Part shown: piece after piece, positions 52,474-60,654 of the stretch
How positions within the stretch are numbered: the first letter of the stretch is position 1
How the letters are laid out: the number at the start of each line of letters is the position of its first letter
NCBI RefSeq assembly: GCF_003057965.1
Contig: NZ_CP020921.1
Span: 270,100-334,099 of the forward strand
Reading direction: 5' to 3'
DNA: 64,000 nucleotides
From: Thermodesulfobium acidiphilum
GTDB lineage: Bacteria > Thermodesulfobiota > Thermodesulfobiia > Thermodesulfobiales > Thermodesulfobiaceae
Notes under the pieces: model-generated
Seen by the model: the letters and a program-made list of their open reading frames with translations, nothing else
The model's database searches: none
What the model was told of the DNA's origin: nothing
Position numbers and translations under genes: made by a program

Positions 52474-54639
52474 TTATATTGCTATTTCATCGTCAAAATT
52501 CTGAATCGGGACAAATTCTAGATTCTTTATTGCTTTAATCTCTTTATTTTTTAATTCAGCACTCTTTAATATGGTTTCGTATAGAAGTATCTGGCTGTCA
52601 ATTTTATTTTGTGAACTTTGTGTAACTCTTACGTATGTTCCATCTTCCCTGAGTTCTCTGGCTTTTGTGTTATCTTTGAGCATAATGTTTAGACATCTTT
52701 TTATTCGCTCTTTTATTCGCTCGTTTTCAATAGGAAATATTATTTCAATTCTCCTATCAAGATTTCTGGGCATCCAATCAGCACTGGAAAGATACACCTC
52801 TTCGTTCGAATTGTTTTTGAAATAAAATATTCTGCTGTGTTCTAAAAATCTTCCCACTATACTGATTACCCTTATGTTTTCGCTAATGCCCTTAATGCCT
52901 GGCCTTAAGCAACATATTCCTCTTATAATGAGGTCTATTTTAACGCCCTTTGAGGAAGCATCATATAATTCATCTATAATTTCGTCGTCTACTAAAGCGT
53001 TCATTTTGGCAATAATATGACCGTTTGATTTGTGTTTTGCCTCTCTTCTTATCAGTCTAACTAGCTTTTCTCTTAAATTAATGGGGGATACACCTATTTT
53101 GTACCAATGGCTTGGTTGCGAAAGACCTGTCAAGGTGTTAAAGAGGTTTGATACGTCTGTTCCAAAGTAGACGTTACTGGTAAATAGGCTGATATCTGTA
53201 TATAGTCTTGCAGTATTTTCGTTATAGTTTCCGGTTGAAAGGTGCACATATCTTCTTATTGTACCCTCCTCTTTTCTTACTACAAGTATTGCCTTTGAGT
53301 GGACTTTTAGATGAACCAGTCCATATACCACATGACATCCCGCTTTTTCCAATTTTTTTGCCCAATTAATATTGTTTTCTTCGTCAAAACGTGCCTTTAG
53401 TTCAATTACTACAGTGACCTGTTTGCCGTTGTCTGCAGCTTCTTCTAAGGCCTTTACTATAGGAGAGTTTTTTGTAACCCTGTATAAAGTCATCTTTATT
53501 GCTAAGACGTCCGGATCTGTAGCTGCACTGCGGACAAATTCTATGATCTTTTCAAAACTTTCAAATGGTGTATGTATTAAAATGTCTTTTTCTTTAATAA
53601 GGTCAAATATTGATTTTTCTTCAGCGACTAAAAAATCAGCGGGTTTTACCGGTGGCAGAGGTCTGTCTTTTAGGTGCTTAAAGGCAGGATTTTCTTGACT
53701 GACAAATTTCATTAAGAAAGTATAGTCTAAAGGCCCGTCTATCTTGTACACGTCTTCTTCGTCAAGCTCAAAATTTTCTTTTAAAAAATCTTCTAAAATT
53801 TCTGGACAATCTTTGCTGATTTCAAGCCTTACCACTTCACCGTATCTTCTTCTTTTTAAAGATTTTTCTATTTCCTCTAAGATATCTTCAGCTATTTGTT
53901 CGTCAATAGTCAAATCTGCATCCCTTGTAATCCTGAACACAGAACTGTGGATTATTTCTTGATTGTTAAATAGATTGCTTAAGTGATGAATTATAATATC
54001 TTCCAACATTATGAAGCAATATTTATCTCTTTCAGATGGCAAAGCGATAAATCTTTCTAAGACACCAGGAACCTGGATTATTGCAAAAACGTCATCTTTT
54101 TTTATTCTTTGATTTTTATTTTTTACTAAATAATTAGCATTTGTTCTTAGTAGAACAAATATATTTAGCGTTCTATTCTGAATAAAAGGGAAAGGTCTTG
54201 AATTATCTACTGCCATAGGGGTAAGAACTGGATAGATAATGTTTTTATAATACTTTTGGACAAAGTTTAGCTGATTTGAATTTAGTTCGTTAATTTTTAG
54301 TATGTGTATATTGTTTTGTTTTAAAAGCGGCATAAGCTCTTCTAAAAAGAGTTTTTGTTGTTCTTTTGAAATCGTGTGTGCCTTTAGAGTTATCTCCTTA
54401 TAAAGTTCTTTTGGCGTTAGCCCTGATGAATCCTGAAATACAAAGTCATCCAGTACCTTGTCTATAATTGAACTGACCCTGATCATAAAGAATTCATCCA
54501 TATTAGAGCTAACTATGGAAAGAAATTTTAACCTTTCAAAAAGCTTGTTGCTAGGATCCTGTGCCTCTTCTAAAACTCTTCTGTTGAATTCTAAAAGAGA
54601 CAACTCACGATTTATATTATAAATTCTTTCTCTAACCAA
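52474..54639 (-). CDS. ppk1: Polyphosphate kinase 1
   Basis: NRELS, SNMDEFFMIRV, KMTLYR, ELKARFDE, KVHSK, STGNYN, GRFLEHSR, SADWMPRN. Confidence 0.98.
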   Translation of the reverse strand: MVRERIYNINRELSLLEFNRRVLEEAQDPSNKLFERLKFLSIVSSNMDEFFMIRVSSIIDKVLDDFVFQDSSGLTPKELYKEITLKAHTISKEQQKLFLEELMPLLKQNNIHILKINELNSNQLNFVQKYYKNIIYPVLTPMAVDNSRPFPFIQNRTLNIFVLLRTNANYLVKNKNQRIKKDDVFAIIQVPGVLERFIALPSERDKYCFIMLEDIIIHHLSNLFNNQEIIHSSVFRITRDADLTIDEQIAEDILEEIEKSLKRRRYGEVVRLEISKDCPEILEDFLKENFELDEEDVYKIDGPLDYTFLMKFVSQENPAFKHLKDRPLPPVKPADFLVAEEKSIFDLIKEKDILIHTPFESFEKIIEFVRSAATDPDVLAIKMTLYRVTKNSPIVKALEEAADNGKQVTVVIELKARFDEENNINWAKKLEKAGCHVVYGLVHLKVHSKAILVVRKEEGTIRRYVHLSTGNYNENTARLYTDISLFTSNVYFGTDVSNLFNTLTGLSQPSHWYKIGVSPINLREKLVRLIRREAKHKSNGHIIAKMNALVDDEIIDELYDASSKGVKIDLIIRGICCLRPGIKGISENIRVISIVGRFLEHSRIFYFKNNSNEEVYLSSADWMPRNLDRRIEIIFPIENERIKERIKRCLNIMLKDNTKARELREDGTYVRVTQSSQNKIDSQILLYETILKSAELKNKEIKAIKNLEFVPIQNFDDEIAI

Positions 54640-54642
54640 TTT

Positions 54643-56235
54643 CTAAACCACCTTAAGGATAGGGATGAGACCAAAAATTCTTCTAAAGAATATTGCTTCA
54701 TTATTGAAATGCCACTTTTCAAGTAATATATCGTCCTGAGTTATGGCTCTAAATATTAAATAATGGTCCTCAATGTCAAGTTTTATGTCTTGAATCTTTC
54801 CTTTTTGTGAAGAATCGAGGGCGTTTGAAAGTTTCAAGATGGCAGCGATCTTAGTAATTGTTAGTCTATCTTTAATTGTTTTACAATTAAACGAACAATC
54901 CTTTTCATCCGGGTCCTTCTTTTGGTATATTTTTACTGAATTTGCAATGATATCTCTTTCTTCTATGCTTAATCCTGGAATTTTTACAGAATTTATAATG
55001 CTGTATGAATGTTCTCCTGGATCGTTTACGTCAATTACCTTGCCCACATCGTGCAAGATACATGCTACCTTTAAAAGAATTTTTTCTTTTTTCCCCATTG
55101 CATGGTAACATTTAGTGTGATCAAATATTGATATAGCAAACTTTAACATCCTTTTTGATATATTAATATTTCTTGAATATTTTTTTGCAATGCTTTCTGA
55201 AACGCTTAAGATATCGTCTTCATATAGATCGTCTTCATCTATTAATATTGAATATGCTACTGCGCTTCTGAAAGAAAACCCCATTATTCCAACTTCTTCA
55301 AGGTCTAAGATGTCGATTATCTTTTTGAATATTATTGTTGAGGGTAAGAGCACATTTGCTACAGGGGGTATCAGGTTATAATCCTCTACAAGATTAATTG
55401 TAGTTTTATCTTTTATTTCGTCATAAAACTTTAAAAGTTTATCCTTGCTTATGTTGCTGATATCTCTTGGTGGTTCCTCTTTGAAAATTAAATTGTAAAT
55501 TACTTTGCTTTCTCCTCCAAGTCCAATAGCAAAGTCTATCTTGAAGTTTTTGATTTCCTGAGAAATTGTGTGCATCTTGCTTTCAATGAATTCATCCAAT
55601 ATATCAGCAAAATCGAGTGTCTCTCTTTCGAGATTGGAAAGCAACGCTCTTAGTTTAAGAGATCCGATTTCAAGATTAGAGGCATATTTTAACCTGTCTC
55701 CTTCAACTATCATCAAAGACAAACCGCCAGAACCAATATCGAAAATTAAAACTGATTTATTCCCAAATAGCCTTAGATAACAGTCATGCCTTTTCATATA
55801 CTGATATTTATAAAAGGATTCTTCGATTGTTTCGACTAATTTGATGTCTAAATCTGTGGCTATTTTAATTCTTTCAATTACCAGATCACAATTTTTTGCC
55901 TCCCTTATAGCTGTGGAAGCAAAGACCAGTGTATCCTGTACTTCATAGGTTTTAAATACTTCTTTTAATTCTTTGAGAATTTTTGCTAATTGAAGCAGTA
56001 TTGTGTTGGAGATTCTGCCTATTGAGAACGTATCTTTCCCGATTGGAAGAGGCTTCTTTATATCTTCTATAGTTTCAAAAAATCTGTCTTCTTTTCTTTG
56101 AGCTATATGTGCCTTAACAAAGTTTGCTCCTATGTCAATAACTCCAATTATCCTTTTTTCTCTTTTCGATTCTTCTGCAAGACATAAATGGCTGTTATCA
56201 TTGTTGTACATAAGATTATAGTTTTTCTTTTTCAA
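54643..56235 (-). CDS. Ppx/GppA-like protein with degenerate active-site motifs
   Basis: IDIGANF, ASTAIREAKN, DIGSGGLS (no GGxSTE), LHDVGK; start may be ATG at 56211. Confidence 0.85.
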   Translation of the reverse strand: MKKKNYNLMYNNDNSHLCLAEESKREKRIIGVIDIGANFVKAHIAQRKEDRFFETIEDIKKPLPIGKDTFSIGRISNTILLQLAKILKELKEVFKTYEVQDTLVFASTAIREAKNCDLVIERIKIATDLDIKLVETIEESFYKYQYMKRHDCYLRLFGNKSVLIFDIGSGGLSLMIVEGDRLKYASNLEIGSLKLRALLSNLERETLDFADILDEFIESKMHTISQEIKNFKIDFAIGLGGESKVIYNLIFKEEPPRDISNISKDKLLKFYDEIKDKTTINLVEDYNLIPPVANVLLPSTIIFKKIIDILDLEEVGIMGFSFRSAVAYSILIDEDDLYEDDILSVSESIAKKYSRNINISKRMLKFAISIFDHTKCYHAMGKKEKILLKVACILHDVGKVIDVNDPGEHSYSIINSVKIPGLSIEERDIIANSVKIYQKKDPDEKDCSFNCKTIKDRLTITKIAAILKLSNALDSSQKGKIQDIKLDIEDHYLIFRAITQDDILLEKWHFNNEAIFFRRIFGLIPILKVV

Positions 56236-56422
56236 GTTCCTTTAATTTTGAATCAATATTTTTCAGTAAATCCTGTGGATCTTTGTTCTTTTTGGTTATC
56301 TTTTCAAGCGCTACATTTGCATTAAATTGTTCAGGATAAAGCATATAAAAGATGATTAAGAAAGCTAAGCTCCCTGTAAGAGTTCCTAATAAAAAATATC
56401 CAATGCTTTTACTCTGTTTCAA
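56216..56422 (-). CDS. Small membrane protein
   Basis: TTG 6 nt after GAGGTG; one TM helix (GYFLLGTLTGSLAFLIIFYML) and a coiled-coil-like tail. Confidence 0.6.
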   Translation of the reverse strand: MKQSKSIGYFLLGTLTGSLAFLIIFYMLYPEQFNANVALEKITKKNKDPQDLLKNIDSKLKELEKEKL

Positions 56423-56447
56423 GAACAACACCTCTTGTTATATTTTT

Positions 56448-56539
56448 TGGCGGAGAGGGTGGGATTCGAACCCACGAGCCAAAATTAATCAGCTAACCGC
56501 TTTCGAGGCGGTCTCCTTCGGCCACTCGGACACCTCTCC
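56448..56539 (-). tRNA. tRNA-Ser(CGA)
   Basis: GGAGAGGTGTCCGAGTGG...CTCGAAA...long variable arm...GGTTCGAATCCCACCCTCTCCGCCA. Confidence 0.96.
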
Positions 56540-56549
56540 AAAATTAGAT

Positions 56550-56981
56550 TTAAAAGGTAAAAAACAAGAATCTCTTTTTCTTCTTATTGGACTTCTTTGG
56601 TATGGGTACAAGATCAAATGAGTCAATCTGATTATAAGTTCCTGCTTTAACCTCGATAGTCCTTTTCTGCGGCTTATATCCAGGTGCGCTCACATAGAGC
56701 TTGTATTTGCCAGGCTTAATACCCTGTATAGTGAAAAAACCTCTATCCGAAGAGAATATCTCTTCGTTATCAAATTTTATAGTTGCGTTTGGTATAGGGT
56801 CAAAGGTTTCCTTACTAAGAACAAAACCGAAAAACCCGGTTTCAGAAAGTTGAGCGGGCGTGATCTTTTCTACCTTTTTATGGCTCTTTTTAAAAAAGGG
56901 CAATTCAAATGCTCTTACATCAGATATAAATAAAGAAGAAAGGAATATAAATATCATTGCTATTGAAATTAATTTTTTCAT
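56550..56981 (-). CDS. Secreted carboxypeptidase-regulatory-like domain protein
   Basis: Signal peptide; G.VL..ET.DPIPNATI..SDRGFF.I.GIKPGKY.L.VSAPGY fold pattern. Confidence 0.8.
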   Translation of the reverse strand: MKKLISIAMIFIFLSSLFISDVRAFELPFFKKSHKKVEKITPAQLSETGFFGFVLSKETFDPIPNATIKFDNEEIFSSDRGFFTIQGIKPGKYKLYVSAPGYKPQKRTIEVKAGTYNQIDSFDLVPIPKKSNKKKKRFLFFTF

Positions 56982-57100
56982 TAAATTTCCTCCTAAAAAA
57001 ATTCGGATTTATGGTTTAGTTTACACTAGTTCCAGTATAACAGTCACATTATAACATTAAGATATAGCAAAATATGATTCACCTGTTTTTTATAATTGTA

Positions 57101-58246
57101 TCATCTTTTTATTATCAGTATTTTACCAATTGTTTTTAAAAAAAGGTTTAAGAGAATGTTAGAGGATAAAAACCTAGATATAAGAAATGATGTAATTGGG
57201 AGAGTTACAAAAAGAGCTATTATTGCCACAAAAGATCTTGCAATTTCTGTGGCCACTACTTCAAGACTAAAAACCCTAAACCATGAAAGAGTTGGTCCCT
57301 GTATGGATACTAAAAGTATCAAGGGCAAGTAACAGCCGATATATGCAAAATAAAGAGTTTGTAATAATTCTGGCAGGTTTTCTTTGCCAGAATTAAAGGA
57401 AGAGCTAAAGATCTCTTTCCAGCCTGAAGTAGGAAAGAGCATTTTATATTGTTGTGCTGTTGACACTATGCTTGTTGACAATTTTATTGCGGCTCCAGTA
57501 GAACCAATTAACATTGCGGATGATAGAAGGTCTGTGAAATTGATATTTAAGTTTATGTCTTTTAAGAATAATCCTTCCTCGTTTATTATGCCTGTAACGT
57601 TTAAGAAGCTGTTAAGATAGTAAGAACATATAGATGCGATTATGATACCGGACAATGTGCCTATAATTGCGGCTAAAGCTTTTTGTGAGAAGCCGCACAT
57701 TAGAACTGTTTGAATTATAACTCCTATAAACAAAACTACAATTGTTATAAAAAGGATGTTTAAGTTTGTTATTAAAGCAGGGATAAGCCACAGCCATAAA
57801 AAGAAGATAAAGACCATAAGGCCCAGCATCAAATATATTCCTCTTAGCCCGCTTGCAATAAAAATTAACAGAAAGAATGCCAGCAAAAGCCATGGGTATT
57901 TGTTGCATCTTGCTATATCTGAAATGAAAAAAGTTGGTTCTTTGTTTGGGGTTATTTGTTGGTAGACTATGACATTTTCTCCAGGAGAGAGCTTCAAATC
58001 GTAAGGGGAGTTGATCTGGTGGATGTAGTTAGTTATAAACTCTTTGTCTTTAAATATTCCTGTTAACAGTCTGATTTTAGTTTTTAAGATCTCAATATTG
58101 GGATTTTCCTTGCTTGTTTCCTTTGAAACAGAAATTATTTTTGCTTCTTCGTAAGATTGATTTTGTGGATCGGACATGGCATTGCTAACAAAAAATATTG
58201 AAAGACAAAAAAACATAAAACAAAAAATTAATAAGGTCTTTTTCAT
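57101..58246 (-). CDS. YibE/F family membrane protein
   Basis: Signal peptide, beta-rich domain, multi-TM with AAIIGT, TLYFAYIG, EIARS. Confidence 0.85.
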   Translation of the reverse strand: MKKTLLIFCFMFFCLSIFFVSNAMSDPQNQSYEEAKIISVSKETSKENPNIEILKTKIRLLTGIFKDKEFITNYIHQINSPYDLKLSPGENVIVYQQITPNKEPTFFISDIARCNKYPWLLLAFFLLIFIASGLRGIYLMLGLMVFIFFLWLWLIPALITNLNILFITIVVLFIGVIIQTVLMCGFSQKALAAIIGTLSGIIIASICSYYLNSFLNVTGIINEEGLFLKDINLNINFTDLLSSAMLIGSTGAAIKLSTSIVSTAQQYKMLFPTSGWKEIFSSSFNSGKENLPELLQTLYFAYIGCYLPLILLVSIQGPTLSWFRVFSLEVVATEIARSFVAIIALFVTLPITSFLISRFLSSNILLNLFLKTIGKILIIKR

Positions 58247-58252
58247 TGGAAG

Positions 58253-59353
58253 TTATAAAATTTTATTTATATTTCTTGAAGAAAATGTTTTTGTTATATC
58301 TTTCATTCTCATAAGGCAGTTTACAATTTGATGTGCTCTGATTTTCCCAACTCCTTCAATTTTATCTAATTCTTCTTCTTTAGCTCCCAAAAGTTCATTT
58401 AGGTTCTTATAATTTCCAACTATCTTTTCTACTATAGGAGAGGGTAGTCTTGGTATGTTATCCAACACCCTGTAACCTCTTGGTACGAGGGGTTGGTCGG
58501 GATTATTGAATCCAAGGTATTTCATAACAATAATCTGATCTAATATCTCTTGTTCTGATTTGAGCTGTTTTAGGTTTTCGAGCAATTTTGGTATATCTCT
58601 TAACTTTTCTTCGCTAAGATAGTCTTTTAAAATTAGAGCCTCTATTTCTTCTACTCCAGACATAAGTTCTAAAAGCTGCCACTTCGTTAGCAGGCCGTCC
58701 TTACCAAGCTGGATGATGTATGTGTTTATTTCTTCTTCTATGAACTTAAGCATCTCAGCTCTTGTAATAATATTTGCAATATCTGATGCAGTAACGCTGT
58801 CAGTAAATTCTAAAACAGATAAATGTTCAAGAGATCTATTGAACACCTGTTTGTAACTATCAAGGGTGGTCAGAGCTTGATTAGCTCGACTCATAATGGA
58901 TGCGCTACTTTTCAAAAGATAGGAAAGATCACCTTTATAAAGCGTTACTGCGCCTCTCCTCTCTGAAATTGCAATTATCAATTCTCCAGTTTGTTTTGCA
59001 AATCTTTCGGCTGCCTGATGTCTTGAGCCTGTGTTTACAGTGGGTATATTTGGATTGGGTATTAATAGCGCATTCGCTCTTAATATTGTTTTTGCATCGG
59101 CATTTAATATTATTGCACCATCCATCTTTGATAGTTCAAACAATCTTGCTGGTGTAAATTCTATATCAAGGGGAAACCCTCCTACTGTAATTGGAAGAGT
59201 TTTGTCAGGATTTCCTACAACAATAAGCGCTCCACCTCTTGCGTCTAAAATTAGGTCAACGCCATCTCTAAGCGGATTCCCAGGAGAAATTAATTTTAAG
59301 CATTTTATCCAATCTTTTCTTTTGAATATTGAATTTTCCATTTTTTTATCCAA
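58253..59353 (-). CDS. disA: DNA integrity scanning diadenylate cyclase DisA
   Basis: LFELSKMDGAII, GSRHQAAER, ISERR, ANQAL.TL, PRGYR, HhH motif EGVGKIRA. Confidence 0.93.
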   Translation of the reverse strand: MDKKMENSIFKRKDWIKCLKLISPGNPLRDGVDLILDARGGALIVVGNPDKTLPITVGGFPLDIEFTPARLFELSKMDGAIILNADAKTILRANALLIPNPNIPTVNTGSRHQAAERFAKQTGELIIAISERRGAVTLYKGDLSYLLKSSASIMSRANQALTTLDSYKQVFNRSLEHLSVLEFTDSVTASDIANIITRAEMLKFIEEEINTYIIQLGKDGLLTKWQLLELMSGVEEIEALILKDYLSEEKLRDIPKLLENLKQLKSEQEILDQIIVMKYLGFNNPDQPLVPRGYRVLDNIPRLPSPIVEKIVGNYKNLNELLGAKEEELDKIEGVGKIRAHQIVNCLMRMKDITKTFSSRNINKIL

Positions 59354-60654
59354 TCCATTAAATTTTTTAGATTTTTAATCTTATAAAGATTAATATTCTT
59401 AAAATTCATCTCTACACTACTAATAAAGGCATTTTCTATGCCAAGTTTTACTGCTTCGTTAAGACGTTTTTCGATTTGATAAACGTTTCTGATTTCACCA
59501 GACAAAGAGCATTCGCCTATAAAAATAGTACTCTTAGGTATCATAATATCATAATAAGACGAAATTAACGAAGCTGCAATTGCAAGATCAATTCCTCTAT
59601 CTTCAGTGGTTATGCCACCTGTAATGTTTAAATAAATATCTTTATCATACATTTTTATGCTCAGGTGTTTTTCTAATATTGCAATTATAAGCATAAAGTG
59701 ATTAAAGTTAATTCCATGAGAGAGCCTGGTAGGGCTCGTTTTGAAGGATTGATTGACCAGGGATTCAACCTGTACCAGAAGAGGCCTTGACCCCTCGATT
59801 GTAATACAAAAGGTTGTGCCAGATAGATCGCTATTTTGTAAAATTAGTTGTGATAGGTTTTTAGGTTTTATTAAGCCCTCTTCTTTCATTTCGAAGATAA
59901 CTAACTCGTTTGTAGATCCGAATCGATTTTTTAGAGATCTTAGGGTTCTAATTGCACTAGATCTATCTCCCTGGAAAAATAAGACGCTATCAACCAGATG
60001 TTCTATAAATTTTGGTCCAGCAATTGAGCCTTCTTTATTTATGTGACCAATTAACAAAAAGGGTATATTTGATTCTTTGGAAAATAGATTTATTTTTGAT
60101 GCACATTGTTTTATCTGTGATAAGGAACCTAAAGTAGAGTTACCTTCGGAATCGTAAAGCATTTGTATTGAGTCTATTACGATCATAGAAAAATTATGAT
60201 TCTTTAGAGCTTTAAGGATTTTTTTTAGGTCTGAACAGGATATGATTTTGATCTTTTTTTCGTTGAGTTTTAATCTTTTTGCTCTTGATGCCACTTGGTT
60301 TGCAGATTCTTCGCTCGAAATGTATAAGACATCCTGATATTTGCTAGCTATTTGATCTGCCATTTGAAGGGCTAATGTCGATTTTCCTATGCCTGGCTCT
60401 CCAGAAAGCAAGGTGACAGAGCCTTTTACGACTCCGCCACCAAAAATATCATTCAGGTCTTTAAGATCGAACAGTAGCCTTTCTTCTTCAACATAAGTTA
60501 AGTTTTCTAGATCTAAAATATCCTTTTTTTCTAAAATATCCTTTTTGCTCTGGAAACTGTTCCAGGAGTTACAATTCGGACACTGCCCTCTCCAGACAGA
60601 GCTTTCATACCCACACTCTATACATATAAAGTTATCCTTACTTTTATTTGCTAT
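59305..60654 (-). CDS. radA: DNA repair protein RadA/Sms
   Basis: CxxC..CxxC Zn finger, GEPGIGKST, DSIQ, KNRFG; probable ATA start 5 nt after GAGGAG. Confidence 0.95.
   Translation of the reverse strand: MANKSKDNFICIECGYESSVWRGQCPNCNSWNSFQSKKDILEKKDILDLENLTYVEEERLLFDLKDLNDIFGGGVVKGSVTLLSGEPGIGKSTLALQMADQIASKYQDVLYISSEESANQVASRAKRLKLNEKKIKIISCSDLKKILKALKNHNFSMIVIDSIQMLYDSEGNSTLGSLSQIKQCASKINLFSKESNIPFLLIGHINKEGSIAGPKFIEHLVDSVLFFQGDRSSAIRTLRSLKNRFGSTNELVIFEMKEEGLIKPKNLSQLILQNSDLSGTTFCITIEGSRPLLVQVESLVNQSFKTSPTRLSHGINFNHFMLIIAILEKHLSIKMYDKDIYLNITGGITTEDRGIDLAIAASLISSYYDIMIPKSTIFIGECSLSGEIRNVYQIEKRLNEAVKLGIENAFISSVEMNFKNINLYKIKNLKNLMDWIKKWKIQYSKEKIG

Noticed and set aside
60512..60546. 17-nt direct repeat in radA (KKDILE/KKDILD)
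   Set aside because: In-frame micro-duplication in a variable linker
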